A DNA stretch of 61,843 nt, counting the filler. It is 4 parts of 4 records of this genome, joined end to end, with 100 filler letters (N's around TTAATTAATTAA, not from the genome) between each part and the next. Parts side by side here need not be neighbours in the genome. Positions count along the whole stretch, not along the records: positions 1 to 26,154 come from SRR31156797_3443; 3 more parts are not named here. One strand, 5' to 3'. Both the position numbers and the translations under genes were made by a program. Below the pieces are notes generated by a model that saw nothing but the letters and a program-made list of their open reading frames with translations, did no database searches and was not told where the DNA came from. How positions within the stretch are numbered: the first letter of the stretch is position 1; each line of letters starts with the position of its first letter. Positions 1 through 9,925 of this stretch are shown here, in pieces.

Positions 1-1290
1 GTCACGGATGGCGTCCCAGCAGTTATGGCACGGAGCGATGACGAGCTTACAACCCGTATCGAGAATCTGATCCATCTTCTTGCGAAGGGCCATGTTGCGC
101 TGTTCACGATACTTACCGATGCCGTTAAAACCACCACCGCCACCGCAGCAATAGTTGTGCTCCTTAGTGGGGGCCATTTCGACAAAATAACCGGGTTCTA
201 CTATGTAGCTGATGATCTCACGGGTAACATCCTTAAGGCCTTGGTTACGCACATAGTTGCAGGAATCCTGCAAAGTAACCGGCTCCTTGATCCTCTTTGA
301 AGGATCAATCTTGAGCTTGCCGGTGCGCAGCGCTTCTGCCAACCATTCCACGTAATGAACGTAAGGGACAGGCGGCTGACCATCTTCACGACCGACCCAG
401 TAAGGACCTTCGATGACGGTGGCTCGATGTGCGTGACCACACTCGGTGCCGGTAGCGCGCTTGGGCTTCAAACGCTCAATGGCGTCGTAGACATTCTGAA
501 CGTTGTCCTTGCAGCATTCCCAATCACCGGCAAACATGGACAGGGAGGTCTGTTCCCACCCTTCCGAAGGGACGGTCCAGTTTTCACCAGCCACATGGAA
601 GAGAATAGCCGCTTCGGCGATATCTTCCGGGTAGTGCTTGGGTTCACGGGCATTGCAGGTGTACATGATATCCGCGCCGACTTTGTCGACTGGAATTTCA
701 AGGCCCGGCCATTCCTCTTCGGTCTCTTCGGCCATCCACTCGCATGTCTCGACCCAGTCTTCAGTGGTAACATCCATCTGAGCACGATACACGCGGTGCA
801 TACCGGAACCGATTTTGAGTTCCCATGGCACAAAACCCTGAGAGTACAGCAGACCGCGCAGGTAGCTGAACATGATACCCATATCGATGCCGTGCGGGCA
901 GTACATGCCACAACGGTTACAGCAGGTGCACTTGGACCATGCGGTCTCCATGCACATCTGCATGAACTCGTTGTCGACCTTGCCCTTCTTCTTGACGATC
1001 TGGCCAAGTGTGGCCTGGATCTTATAGGACGGGACCTGTTCGGGCACACGTCCGTTAACCTGGTACAGAAAGCAGGATTCGGCGCACAGGCCGCAGTGAG
1101 CACAGATTTCCAGCCAGGTCTTGATCCTGGACTTCATGGTCTTCTGTATGGTTGCCCACAGCTTTTCCGAATCCACATCCAGGTGGTTCATTTCTTCGTA
1201 ATATTGCTTTCCGCCCTTATCGCCGAGAGTCAGCTTGAGCTGTTCATCGGTCTTGATGGGCGTCCTGTTGCAAAGTTTTCCTTCAGGCAT
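1..1290 (-). CDS. hmcF: HmcF, Fe-S/CCG-domain (HdrD-like) subunit of the Hmc complex; 3' end runs off the window
   Basis: Absent from the ORF track because no stop lies in the window. Manual translation from ATG 1290 gives [13 protein letters not shown]...[15 protein letters not shown]...NYCCGGGGG...[12 protein letters not shown]. It follows hmcE. Confidence 0.93.
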   Translation of the reverse strand, partial: MPEGKLCNRTPIKTDEQLKLTLGDKGGKQYYEEMNHLDVDSEKLWATIQKTMKSRIKTWLEICAHCGLCAESCFLYQVNGRVPEQVPSYKIQATLGQIVKKKGKVDNEFMQMCMETAWSKCTCCNRCGMYCPHGIDMGIMFSYLRGLLYSQGFVPWELKIGSGMHRVYRAQMDVTTEDWVETCEWMAEETEEEWPGLEIPVDKVGADIMYTCNAREPKHYPEDIAEAAILFHVAGENWTVPSEGWEQTSLSMFAGDWECCKDNVQNVYDAIERLKPKRATGTECGHAHRATVIEGPYWVGREDGQPPVPYVHYVEWLAEALRTGKLKIDPSKRIKEPVTLQDSCNYVRNQGLKDVTREIISYIVEPGYFVEMAPTKEHNYCCGGGGGFNGIGKYREQRNMALRKKMDQILDTGCKLVIAPCHNCWDAIRD

Positions 1291-1329
1291 TGTGATTCTC
1301 CATTATCTTGGGCTGTGTCTCAATCCCGA

Positions 1330-2007
1330 TTACCAGGACATGTCCGAGCCTTTCATGCCACCACGCTTGATGCCGTAATCCATTCCCAGCTGCATGCGGG
1401 ACATGAAGAACAGGATGGCGTGACTGAGCTTGGTGAAAGGCAGACAAAGCAACCAGATTTCCGCGCTGATGATATGTGCCATCAGCCAGAAGTTGTAATC
1501 GCCCATCTCGTAGCGTGCGATCAGACCGGTGACAAAAGGCATCACCGTAATGACCAGCAGCAGGTAATCGTAGAAGGTGGTGATGATGCGCACTTCGGGG
1601 AATGCAATACGGCGCAGAACCATGAACAGGCCGCCGACCAGGCATATCCAGGCCAACGTGTCCGCCACAAAGGTGGGCAACGCAGGCAGGCTGAATCCGA
1701 ATGCATCTTGCAGCATCACATTATGTGCTTCCAGGAAGATCGGAGTGACGAGCAGTCCGATATGGAAGGCAAAGAAGATGATGGTAAAACCGGGGCGAAC
1801 CCTCCACAAACGGGCCTTGAACGGAATGATAAAGGCCAGAATGGAACGGAATCCGCCGCGCAGTCCGTAACTCATGTTGGGGCGATAGGCCACTCTGTCA
1901 AGCTGCCAACTCAGGCCCCTGACATACATGACGGCGCGAACGATCAGGCCGCCAAAGCTGACGAGAAACGTCACCCAGAGCATGGGCCCTGTCAGGAAAT
2001 CGTACAT
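1330..2007 (-). CDS. hmcE: HmcE, NarI-like heme b membrane subunit
   Basis: 225-aa hydrophobic protein with FHIGLL, AHN, AHII and PFTKLSH His motifs, located inside the hmc operon. Confidence 0.92.
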   Translation of the reverse strand: MYDFLTGPMLWVTFLVSFGGLIVRAVMYVRGLSWQLDRVAYRPNMSYGLRGGFRSILAFIIPFKARLWRVRPGFTIIFFAFHIGLLVTPIFLEAHNVMLQDAFGFSLPALPTFVADTLAWICLVGGLFMVLRRIAFPEVRIITTFYDYLLLVITVMPFVTGLIARYEMGDYNFWLMAHIISAEIWLLCLPFTKLSHAILFFMSRMQLGMDYGIKRGGMKGSDMSW

Positions 2008-2061
2008 TTCCGCTTCTCCTTGATTGTCATATCGTTAGTTATAAAACGATGGCCTAAGCGC

Positions 2062-2193
2062 CTAGTCGTCCTTTTTATTTCCGCCCATGAGGAACTGCCA
2101 GTAAAGGGTGACCCCTACCAGAATTGCGCCCATGATCAGATACACTGTGCCTTTGGTGAAGGTGTAGTAATCCTGTAAATTAAAGAATTCCAT
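2062..2193 (-). CDS. hmcD: HmcD, small single-TM subunit (43 aa)
   Basis: Below the ORF-track size cutoff. GGAGG RBS precedes MEFFNLQDYYTFTKGTVYLIMGAILVGVTLYWQFLMGGNKKDD*. It lies between hmcC and hmcE. Confidence 0.88.
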   Translation of the reverse strand: MEFFNLQDYYTFTKGTVYLIMGAILVGVTLYWQFLMGGNKKDD

Positions 2194-2210
2194 CTCAATA
2201 CCTCCTGAGG

Positions 2211-3386
2211 CTAGTGTTCGCCCTTGTAATCAGGGTGCTCGTAGAAAATGGGCATCCTGGTGCTGATGAACCGGAAAACAACCACACCGATGGTGACTAC
2301 GAACAGGGAGATGGTAATCTCGCCCCAGCTCGGGAAATACCGTTCTGCGGAAGGCAGATGGTAGTTAAAGGCAACCATGGAGATATTGAATCGGTTGACG
2401 ATAATGCCGAGGACAGTCAGTCCAGCGGCCCATTTGATGACAGTGATATTCCTGTCCCGAACGCCGATGGCATACAGGAAGGATGGCAGGGCTACGCAAC
2501 CGAGCATCTCAACCAGATACCACGCGCCGTAGCCAGTGGTCAGGTAATGCCAGTTGTTGTCGTATGCCAAGCCGATAACCTTGATGGAGAAGTACCCGAA
2601 CAGCACGAGGGAAGCGGCCTTTCCGAATCCAAGGATAAGACCATCGTGGTTATTCAGGTACTCCTCGTCCATCAAGTGGTGCATGGGCTTATGAGAGAGT
2701 GTTCCTTCGAAGATGACCATGGACATACCCGCACAGATGCTCGACACGAAGAAGAATACCGGCAGGTATTGCGAATACCAGAGCGGATGCAGCTTCGATG
2801 GCGCAATGGTAAACAGCGCGCCCAGAGAGGACTGATGCAAGGTGGACAGGACCACACCAAAGATGGTCAGGGCCAAGGTCAATTTAACCACGGTGTTGCG
2901 GATCTTTTTCATACCGAGCCATTCAAACAGGGCCGGGGTGAATTCGATGAACAGCACGGTCAGATACAGCATGACGCACAGACCCACTTCAAAAAGCAGA
3001 GAGGTTGTTCCCTGCTGAACAAAGAGGGGGTACGGCAAACGCCAAGGACGACCGACGTCGTATCCCAGAGCAAAAACCACAAGGGCATAGCCGAGGAATG
3101 CGGTCAGGATGGCCGGACGGACACCGGCATGGAACTTCTTGAGACCGAACACGTAGCAGGCTGCAGAGGTGGTGTATCCACCGGCTGCCAAGGCAACGCC
3201 GCACATCAGATCGAAACCGATCCAGATGCCCCACGGGTTGTTCTGGTCAAGGTTGGTGACGGCACCGAGGCCGCCGGTAAAACGCATCACCGTGACAATG
3301 AGTCCGGCAATGAGAATGACTCCAGCAATAATATTGAACGGCGTGAACAAGGATTTCTTTTCAGCCGCAATGGTGTCGACAGACAT
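2211..3386 (-). CDS. hmcC: HmcC, NrfD/HybB-family membrane subunit
   Basis: PWGIWIGFD, DVGRPWR and STLHQSSLG NrfD/HybB motifs; multiple TM segments. Confidence 0.93.
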   Translation of the reverse strand: MSVDTIAAEKKSLFTPFNIIAGVILIAGLIVTVMRFTGGLGAVTNLDQNNPWGIWIGFDLMCGVALAAGGYTTSAACYVFGLKKFHAGVRPAILTAFLGYALVVFALGYDVGRPWRLPYPLFVQQGTTSLLFEVGLCVMLYLTVLFIEFTPALFEWLGMKKIRNTVVKLTLALTIFGVVLSTLHQSSLGALFTIAPSKLHPLWYSQYLPVFFFVSSICAGMSMVIFEGTLSHKPMHHLMDEEYLNNHDGLILGFGKAASLVLFGYFSIKVIGLAYDNNWHYLTTGYGAWYLVEMLGCVALPSFLYAIGVRDRNITVIKWAAGLTVLGIIVNRFNISMVAFNYHLPSAERYFPSWGEITISLFVVTIGVVVFRFISTRMPIFYEHPDYKGEH

Positions 3387-4442
3387 TTAGGATTCCTCCT
3401 CACCGGTTTCGGCTTCTTCTTCCTTGGGAGCAAGAGCCTCTTCAACGGCTTTCTTGACCTCGACCTCGATGCGACGCTGGTTGGCGACTTCAGCCTTGGA
3501 CAGCTGCTCATGCAACTTCTTCTCGGCTTCTTCTCCGGCTCGGGTCAGGGCATCCTTAACAGCCGCGACGCGCTCGTCGTTGGCAATCTTGTCCTTGCGC
3601 TTGCTCACAGCGTAGATACCGCCGAGCAGCACAGGCCACATGCCGACCACGATGGGAACCGCAGCGAGTGCACCGGCTGTCAGCTCTGGTGCGGAGGCAG
3701 TACCCAAATCTTCACGCATGCCAATCTCGGTGAACGGCTCGCCAGAGATATACATCCAGCTGGTGCCGCCCATTTCTCTTTCGCCGTAGACATGGTCCAC
3801 GTAACGATCAGGGTAGGCGGCGATGCGTGCACGAGCGATCTTGATGATCTCATCGCGAGGGCCAAAGGTTAGTGCCTCCTTGGGGCAACGCTCCACACAA
3901 CCGGGCAGCTTGCCTTCGGCCAGACGGGGTGCGCACAAGGTGCACTTCATGACTCTGGGAGTCAGAGGCTCATCATATTCGTATGCCGGAATCTCGAAGG
4001 GACAGGCGACCATGCAGTAACGGCAGCCGACACAGACGGAAGCATCATAGCTAACAGCTCCGTTTGGTTCCTTCTTGAACGCCTTGACAAAGCAGGCGGA
4101 GGCACAGGCAGGTTCCAGACAGTGATTACACTGCTTCTTGACGAAGACCGGTCCGGTCTTTCCCTGGAACTTGTTGACGACAGTATAAGTTTTTTCATCG
4201 GTCCGACGTTTGGTGTCGAGGACTGTCAGGTCGTCGAACCTCTTGTCGGGTGCGGGCAGTTGGTTCACCTCGTTGCAGGCCAGCTCGCATTTGCGGCAAC
4301 CGATGCAACGGGTGGCATCAAAGAGCACGGCCTGCGTGTCGGGATGCGGACCAAAGGATTTACCTCCGGCCTTTGCCGACGTGGGAAGCGCGACACTCGC
4401 GCCAGCGGCGCCCAACAGTCCGAGGAATGTTCTACGTAACAT
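3387..4442 (-). CDS. hmcB: HmcB, Tat-exported 4Fe-4S protein with C-terminal TM anchor
   Basis: Twin-arginine signal [43 protein letters not shown] and KCTLC...CVERCP clusters. Confidence 0.93.
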   Translation of the reverse strand: MLRRTFLGLLGAAGASVALPTSAKAGGKSFGPHPDTQAVLFDATRCIGCRKCELACNEVNQLPAPDKRFDDLTVLDTKRRTDEKTYTVVNKFQGKTGPVFVKKQCNHCLEPACASACFVKAFKKEPNGAVSYDASVCVGCRYCMVACPFEIPAYEYDEPLTPRVMKCTLCAPRLAEGKLPGCVERCPKEALTFGPRDEIIKIARARIAAYPDRYVDHVYGEREMGGTSWMYISGEPFTEIGMREDLGTASAPELTAGALAAVPIVVGMWPVLLGGIYAVSKRKDKIANDERVAAVKDALTRAGEEAEKKLHEQLSKAEVANQRRIEVEVKKAVEEALAPKEEEAETGEEES

Positions 4443-4459
4443 CTAACGTTCTCCTTCGG

Positions 4460-6067
4460 TTAGTTGGCTTTTTTCTCGTGGCACGCGACACAGTTCGTGG
4501 CAGCGGGCTTCTCGAGCTTCATTTCGGTATGGCAGCTCATGCACTGAGCATGGTACGCAGCCTTCAAACCGGGCTTGCCATCAGTCTCAAACGGCTTGGC
4601 GTGACAGCTCGCGCACTTGGGCGGAGTGACAGATGCCGGAGCGTTGTGGTGACAACCAGCGCACATGGCCTCAGGCGTAGCGTGGAAGGTATTAGCCAGA
4701 GGGCTATCCTTCATGCCTTTCGCCATGGAGAGCACAATCTTGCGGTGAGGCATTTTGCTCGGCTCGAACTTGTCGGAGATGACACCGATTGTCACAGTTT
4801 CCGGAATGTCCTCGATTGCGACCATGGCCTGACTTGCAGGACGGGAAGCAATCAAATTCACAGCTTCGGCCTGCATGACTTCCTTGGTTGCTCCGGGCGC
4901 GGGCTGGGCTGCATTATGGCAGCTCTTGCATGTGGCTTCGGAGTTGGCCTTGGAAACGGGACGAGCTGCATGACAACCAGCACATTCGGGCTTTTTCTGT
5001 TCCTTGGCATGACACCCAACACAGGAGCTATCCAAGGTCACGTCGTGCATGGCCTTGAAACTCGTGTCGACAGGAGCATTGACACCCTGAACGTGACACA
5101 CGTTACATGTGTCGACTTCGGATTCGTGAAGTTTGTGATTGAACGCGACAGGAGCCATACCGGTAGCCTTTTCAGGTGCCGGGCCTTCAACCTTGGCCAT
5201 CATCAGAACGGCGTCAGGCTGTTTGCGCGGCAAACGCGGCAGTTCGCCCATGGCCTTCACGGTCTTGGCGTTCTCTGCTTCGCGGGCATCGACTTTCTTG
5301 GCTTCATGACAACTTGCGCAATCAACGGGGCCACTACGTTCGGCCTTCTTCTCAATGAGCGTCTGATGACAGGTCACACATTGATTGTGGAAGACTTCCC
5401 TGGTGGAAAGATTCGCCATTTCTTCAGGAGAGTACACAGTCGCATAACGCCAGCTGTCTTCCTCGCCCTTCTTGTAGACTTCTTTCTTGGTGGTCTCGTC
5501 GTAGACGGTGTGGCAAGCACCACAGTTGGTTTGCTCACCCGCGTCAGCCGGAATAATCTTGGAATCCCAGTGAATGAAGTGAAGCGTGTTGTCCATGCCT
5601 GCCTCGACGCGTTCTGCGACGATTTCAGGCTTGGCCTGGTGACAGCTACGACACTCGCCCACCATGGGGCCGGTCTTGAATCCCTTGTCGCCGCTTTCGA
5701 CGTGACAGGAAATACAGCCGTCATGATAAATGTCTTTGAGCTCTGACGCGGACAATTCGGGCTGTCCTTCGCCTTCCAATCGATTGAAGGTCAGGGTCAT
5801 GTTCCCTTCCGCATCCTTCTTATGACAGGAATTGCAGCTCATGCCCTGTTCTTTCAGGGCTTTTGTGTGTGCGTCATGTTCAAACACGGCCGCAGACTGT
5901 TCAAGTGACTCTAGTTTGGCGATGGTGTCGATCATGATCACGTCAGGCCTACCCGTGGCCTTCTCCACTGTGTCGAGCATGCCCATAGCTTCCATCTGGA
6001 AACCAAGCACGCCGACCAGCGCGATCATGATTGCAGCAAATCGCAACATCCTTTTACCGTTTGCCAT
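4460..6067 (-). CDS. hmcA: HmcA, high-molecular-weight multiheme cytochrome c (14 CxxCH motifs counted)
   Basis: Signal peptide, 14 CxxCH motifs, PHRKIV and GLKAAYH motifs; first gene of the hmc operon. Confidence 0.93.
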   Translation of the reverse strand: MANGKRMLRFAAIMIALVGVLGFQMEAMGMLDTVEKATGRPDVIMIDTIAKLESLEQSAAVFEHDAHTKALKEQGMSCNSCHKKDAEGNMTLTFNRLEGEGQPELSASELKDIYHDGCISCHVESGDKGFKTGPMVGECRSCHQAKPEIVAERVEAGMDNTLHFIHWDSKIIPADAGEQTNCGACHTVYDETTKKEVYKKGEEDSWRYATVYSPEEMANLSTREVFHNQCVTCHQTLIEKKAERSGPVDCASCHEAKKVDAREAENAKTVKAMGELPRLPRKQPDAVLMMAKVEGPAPEKATGMAPVAFNHKLHESEVDTCNVCHVQGVNAPVDTSFKAMHDVTLDSSCVGCHAKEQKKPECAGCHAARPVSKANSEATCKSCHNAAQPAPGATKEVMQAEAVNLIASRPASQAMVAIEDIPETVTIGVISDKFEPSKMPHRKIVLSMAKGMKDSPLANTFHATPEAMCAGCHHNAPASVTPPKCASCHAKPFETDGKPGLKAAYHAQCMSCHTEMKLEKPAATNCVACHEKKAN

Positions 6068-6266
6068 GTGTGATCCCTTTCCTCAAAAGCGTTGATGGCA
6101 ACGAACCGACCTCTCAGCCCGTTCTTCAGGCCCCGTTTCCGGGTCCTCTTCCGGCCCCCTGACGCGGCCACCCGGCAGCGCCTTAAAACTTGTCAAAAAA
6201 CTCCTCTGAAATGGACAGGTTTAATTACCCACCTATTCACGAGGTTTTTATCCATACCGAGCCGGT

Positions 6267-6284
6267 ATGTTAATTTCATCACAA
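6267..6284. promoter_or_regulatory. Possible Rex-like operator upstream of hmcA
   Basis: The minus strand reads TTGTGATGAAATTAACAT, 3 mismatches to TTGTGAA-N4-TTCACAA, directly after a TTGACG -35-like hexamer. A second similar site lies at 6436-6453. Confidence 0.35.
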
Positions 6285-6573
6285 TCGTCAAGCTGTTTTC
6301 AGCTATTGGTAATTGTTACTATGAACATCATAACACACTCAAAATATTGAGGAACCCTTTTAGGAGGTATTTTGAAATTCGTTCTCAACTCACCACATTG
6401 GCCCAATAGCCACAAGGGATTTCATACTTTTCTGATAGAGAATTATTTCACATCAAAAAAGTATATAATTTACCCATTCGAACACATTTTCACCGCATTT
6501 TTGTGACTTTTACTGCAAGACTTCAGCCCATTTTTTGAACCTGAAAGATGACCAGACAAGGGCCTTCACACAG

Positions 6574-6609
6574 AAAAAAAGGACGCACTCAATCGAGTGC
6601 GTCCTTTTT
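6574..6609. terminator. Intrinsic (bidirectional) terminator ending the minus-strand nag operon
   Basis: AAAAAGGACGCACTC-AATC-GAGTGCGTCCTTTTT is a perfect hairpin with A/T tails. Confidence 0.85.
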
Positions 6610-6639
6610 AATTCATCGAAGAATAATTATATTTTTAAG

Positions 6640-7722
6640 CTATTCCACAAGAGAAACAGGCTGGCCTGTACGAACTGATTTATCCGCGGCCAAAACAATA
6701 CGCAAACTGTTGATGGCATCTCGCATATGTTCCGTCAAATCAATATCTTCCTGGATTGCCTTAAGAAAATAAACCTGCTCACGAAAACACAAACCATCAT
6801 GATCGGGTTCGTCTTCCACTTGAATCAACTCATCATCTTTAGCAAAAGCCCCGTCTGCATTGGTCTGGGAATGATGCAACCGCAAACGACTCGCCTGCGT
6901 ATGCCCTTCTACAGTCGACGACCCGGGCCCCTGCCCCGCTTGTTCTGCGGCAACAATACTGACACACCCTTTTGGGCCGACAACATCCTTCACGAAAAAA
7001 GCGGTCTCGCTCATCATGGGGCCCCAACCAGCTTCATACCACCCCACAGAACCGTCATCAAAATAGACCTGCAACTGGCCGTAATTATACATGTCAGGCG
7101 CTACTTCATCTGTCAGACGGACCCCCATGGCATTAACCTTCACAGGTTTTGCGCCGCTCATGAGGCACATGATGTCAACATAGTGCACACCGCAATCAAC
7201 AATGGGAGACATGGACTGCATGAGTTGCTTATGCACACCCCACTCGCTGCCGCTGGACTGCTGATTCAGGTTCATGCGCATAACCAACGGCTTGCCCAAT
7301 CCTTGTGCCAGCTCAACAAATTTCTCCCATGACGGATGATGACGTAGAATATATCCGACAACCAATTTGCGATTTGCCTTGTTGGCTGCATCAACAACTC
7401 GCTGGGAATCTTCAACTGTGGGAGCCATCGGCTTTTCCAAAAAGACATGCGCACCTGCCTCAAAAGCACTACACGCAAATTCTGCATGGGTATCGGAATA
7501 GGTGTTGATACTTACCGCGTCGGGCTTCACCGATTCCAGCGCTTCGTAATACTCATCAAACCGTGGGTAATCGATCAATTCAGGCGGAAGATCAGTCAAG
7601 GTAGTGGCGTGACGACTGCACAACCCCACAATTTCGAAACCATCCAACGCATGATATGCCTTGGCATGAGAACGTCCCATATTGCCCAGACCGACAACCA
7701 ATATCCTGACTCGTTCCTGCAT
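6640..7722 (-). CDS. Gfo/Idh/MocA family NAD(P)-dependent oxidoreductase
   Basis: GLGNMG Rossmann motif, HVFLEKP and DCGVHYVD. Confidence 0.9.
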   Translation of the reverse strand: MQERVRILVVGLGNMGRSHAKAYHALDGFEIVGLCSRHATTLTDLPPELIDYPRFDEYYEALESVKPDAVSINTYSDTHAEFACSAFEAGAHVFLEKPMAPTVEDSQRVVDAANKANRKLVVGYILRHHPSWEKFVELAQGLGKPLVMRMNLNQQSSGSEWGVHKQLMQSMSPIVDCGVHYVDIMCLMSGAKPVKVNAMGVRLTDEVAPDMYNYGQLQVYFDDGSVGWYEAGWGPMMSETAFFVKDVVGPKGCVSIVAAEQAGQGPGSSTVEGHTQASRLRLHHSQTNADGAFAKDDELIQVEDEPDHDGLCFREQVYFLKAIQEDIDLTEHMRDAINSLRIVLAADKSVRTGQPVSLVE

Positions 7723-7739
7723 TATTCAACCTTACCCAT

Positions 7740-8879
7740 TTATAAAGAATTATCTCCGGCAATCCACGTATCAAGCACACGAAAATCGTCATCCAACAAA
7801 ACAAAATCAGCCTGACAACCAAGAGCGATGCGTCCCATACGATCTTCCAAACCAAGGAAGGTCGCCGGGTACAAAGACGCCATACGTAACGCCTCTTCCA
7901 CAGGCAGATGCAATTGCTCAACAGCATTCCGAACAGCGGCAGCCATATTGAGATCGGACCCTGCAAGGGTACCCTCCACAGACTGGCAGCGACCATCGTC
8001 CGCCAGAATCGATTGCCCTTGCAACACGAAATTCTTATCCTTAGCCCCGACGCTTGGCATAGCGTCCGTCACCAGCATCACCTTGCCCCGCTTCTTGGCG
8101 GCAACCGCCACCCGCAACGATGCAAAATGAATATGATGTCCGTCCGCGATGACACCTACCCAGCTCTCAAGATCTTCCAACGCAGCACCTACTACGCCTG
8201 GTTCACGGCTGGTCAACGGCGACATTGCATTGAACAGGTGGGTAAATCCGATCGCACCGACATTCAGACCGTCACAGGCCTGATCATAGGTTGCCGCGGT
8301 ATGTCCTATACACACCTTGACCCCGGCATCAGTCAAAGAACGAATATACTCATTAGGCACACGCTCTGGGGCCACCGTGGTCATTACAACACCCAGATCA
8401 TCGGCAGACAATAATTCCAATGCACCTGTGTCCACATCACGAACAAAATTTTCCTGATGAATTCCCTTGCGCTCGGGGTTGATATACGGTCCTTCAAAAT
8501 GGATTCCCAGCAAACCGGATATCCCTTGCTGCAATCCTTGCCGAACGGCATCGGCAGCCTTGAGCATGGTTTCCCATCCGTCAGAAATAAGCGTGGGCAT
8601 CAATCCGGTAGTTCCAAATTGACGGTGTGCGTTAACAATACCCCTCAGGCCTTCCGGGGAGAGGCTGTCATTAAACAGAATACCGCCACCACCATTAACC
8701 TGTACGTCGATGAAACCGGGAGTAAGTAGATTGCCACCAAGGTCAACGACCTCGACGCCACAGGCCATACCTCCCTCAGTAATTAGGGCAACGACCTTTC
8801 CATCCTCTACTTCAACGCTCAGGCCGTCATAGATGGCATCGCCCGTAAAGATTCTGCCGTTGGTAAAATATCTGCGCAT
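7740..8879 (-). CDS. nagA: N-acetylglucosamine-6-phosphate deacetylase
   Basis: PGFIDVQVNG, GIHFEGPY, GHT, THLFNAM, IADGHH, VTDAM and LAGS motifs. Confidence 0.95.
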   Translation of the reverse strand: MRRYFTNGRIFTGDAIYDGLSVEVEDGKVVALITEGGMACGVEVVDLGGNLLTPGFIDVQVNGGGGILFNDSLSPEGLRGIVNAHRQFGTTGLMPTLISDGWETMLKAADAVRQGLQQGISGLLGIHFEGPYINPERKGIHQENFVRDVDTGALELLSADDLGVVMTTVAPERVPNEYIRSLTDAGVKVCIGHTAATYDQACDGLNVGAIGFTHLFNAMSPLTSREPGVVGAALEDLESWVGVIADGHHIHFASLRVAVAAKKRGKVMLVTDAMPSVGAKDKNFVLQGQSILADDGRCQSVEGTLAGSDLNMAAAVRNAVEQLHLPVEEALRMASLYPATFLGLEDRMGRIALGCQADFVLLDDDFRVLDTWIAGDNSL

Positions 8880-9922
8880 TACAGCGTCTCCGTCACCTTC
8901 TTAAGAGAAGGTGGATTATCCGGGTTCATGCCACGCGCCAATGAAAGTTGGTTGGCCATAGTGTAAAAAGATTGAATCATGGCAATGGGTGCGGCTGCCG
9001 GATGCATGCCGGGAACCACAGGCAAACGACCGGACGCAGGAGCGCCCTCCTCTGCCACAAACAGTTTGGCTCCCTTGCCACGCAGGACCTCGGCCAACTC
9101 CAACAAACCCGGGCGGGTCGCATCTTCCTGACTAAACATCAAAATCCGGGAACGACGACGGATCAAGGCCAATGGACCGTGCATAATTTCAGCACCACTG
9201 ATGCCCTCTCCGTGCAGAGAAGAAGTTTCCTTGAGCTTGAGGGCCGCCTCTAGGGCAACACCATAACTCAAACCACGTCCGACCACGAAAAGATTGTCAG
9301 CATCGGCCAACGGCTCCACGGCTTCGTCCCAAGACAGCGAAAGAGCCTTGTCCAGATTGTCCGGCAACCGATTAAAAGCATTACCCAAGGCCATGTCTCC
9401 AGACATGGCGGCAGTAAAATGAAGTAACGCGCTCAATGAAGCGATATATGACTTGGTTGCAGCAACACTCTTTTCCGGTCCAGCCAACAACGGGATGACG
9501 GCATCAGCCATATCGACAGCAGGGGAATCTTCCTGATTGACCAAAGCAAGAATGAATGCCCCGTTCTCTCGCGCCCACTGAGCACTGGCAAGCAGGTCGG
9601 GACTTTTGCCGGACTGAGAAATAAGGATAAACAAACAACCTTGCAGGTTCATCGGATTGCCATAAATGGACCCCACCGATGGCGCGGCGGATATGACCGG
9701 TAAACCAAGGTAAACTTCCATGAGATATTTGGCATAACTGGCGGCATGATCGGAACTACCACGCGCACAAGTTGCCACAAAACGCGGAGGTGTCTTCATG
9801 TATCGGGATGCCAATTCAGCGCAGATAGAGTCATTTTTATCTTTCTGAAGAGCAACCACCGCAGGAGCTTCACGAGTTTCGCGGTACATCAACGTCGAAG
9901 TCGGTTTGATCACAACGTCCAT
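8879..9922 (-). CDS. Double-SIS glucosamine-6-phosphate deaminase (NagB-II type)
   Basis: ARGSSDHA, SQSGKSPD, VAATKSY, EAALKLKE, EIMHGP and LKKVTETL; no glutaminase domain; coupled to nagA. Confidence 0.88.
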   Translation of the reverse strand: MDVVIKPTSTLMYRETREAPAVVALQKDKNDSICAELASRYMKTPPRFVATCARGSSDHAASYAKYLMEVYLGLPVISAAPSVGSIYGNPMNLQGCLFILISQSGKSPDLLASAQWARENGAFILALVNQEDSPAVDMADAVIPLLAGPEKSVAATKSYIASLSALLHFTAAMSGDMALGNAFNRLPDNLDKALSLSWDEAVEPLADADNLFVVGRGLSYGVALEAALKLKETSSLHGEGISGAEIMHGPLALIRRRSRILMFSQEDATRPGLLELAEVLRGKGAKLFVAEEGAPASGRLPVVPGMHPAAAPIAMIQSFYTMANQLSLARGMNPDNPPSLKKVTETL

Positions 9923-9925
9923 TCC

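Noticed and set aside
355..5746. Long plus-strand ORFs (607, 552 and 498 aa) over the hmc operon
   Set aside because: These are antisense shadows of GC-biased genes. hmcD, E and F share one frame, so one shadow runs through several genes. They have no motifs or RBS.
6092..6409. 105-aa plus-strand ORF and a TTGACA hexamer (6191-6196, minus strand) upstream of hmcA
   Set aside because: The ORF has no recognisable features and overlaps the hmc leader. The hexamer has no -10 element at the proper spacing.
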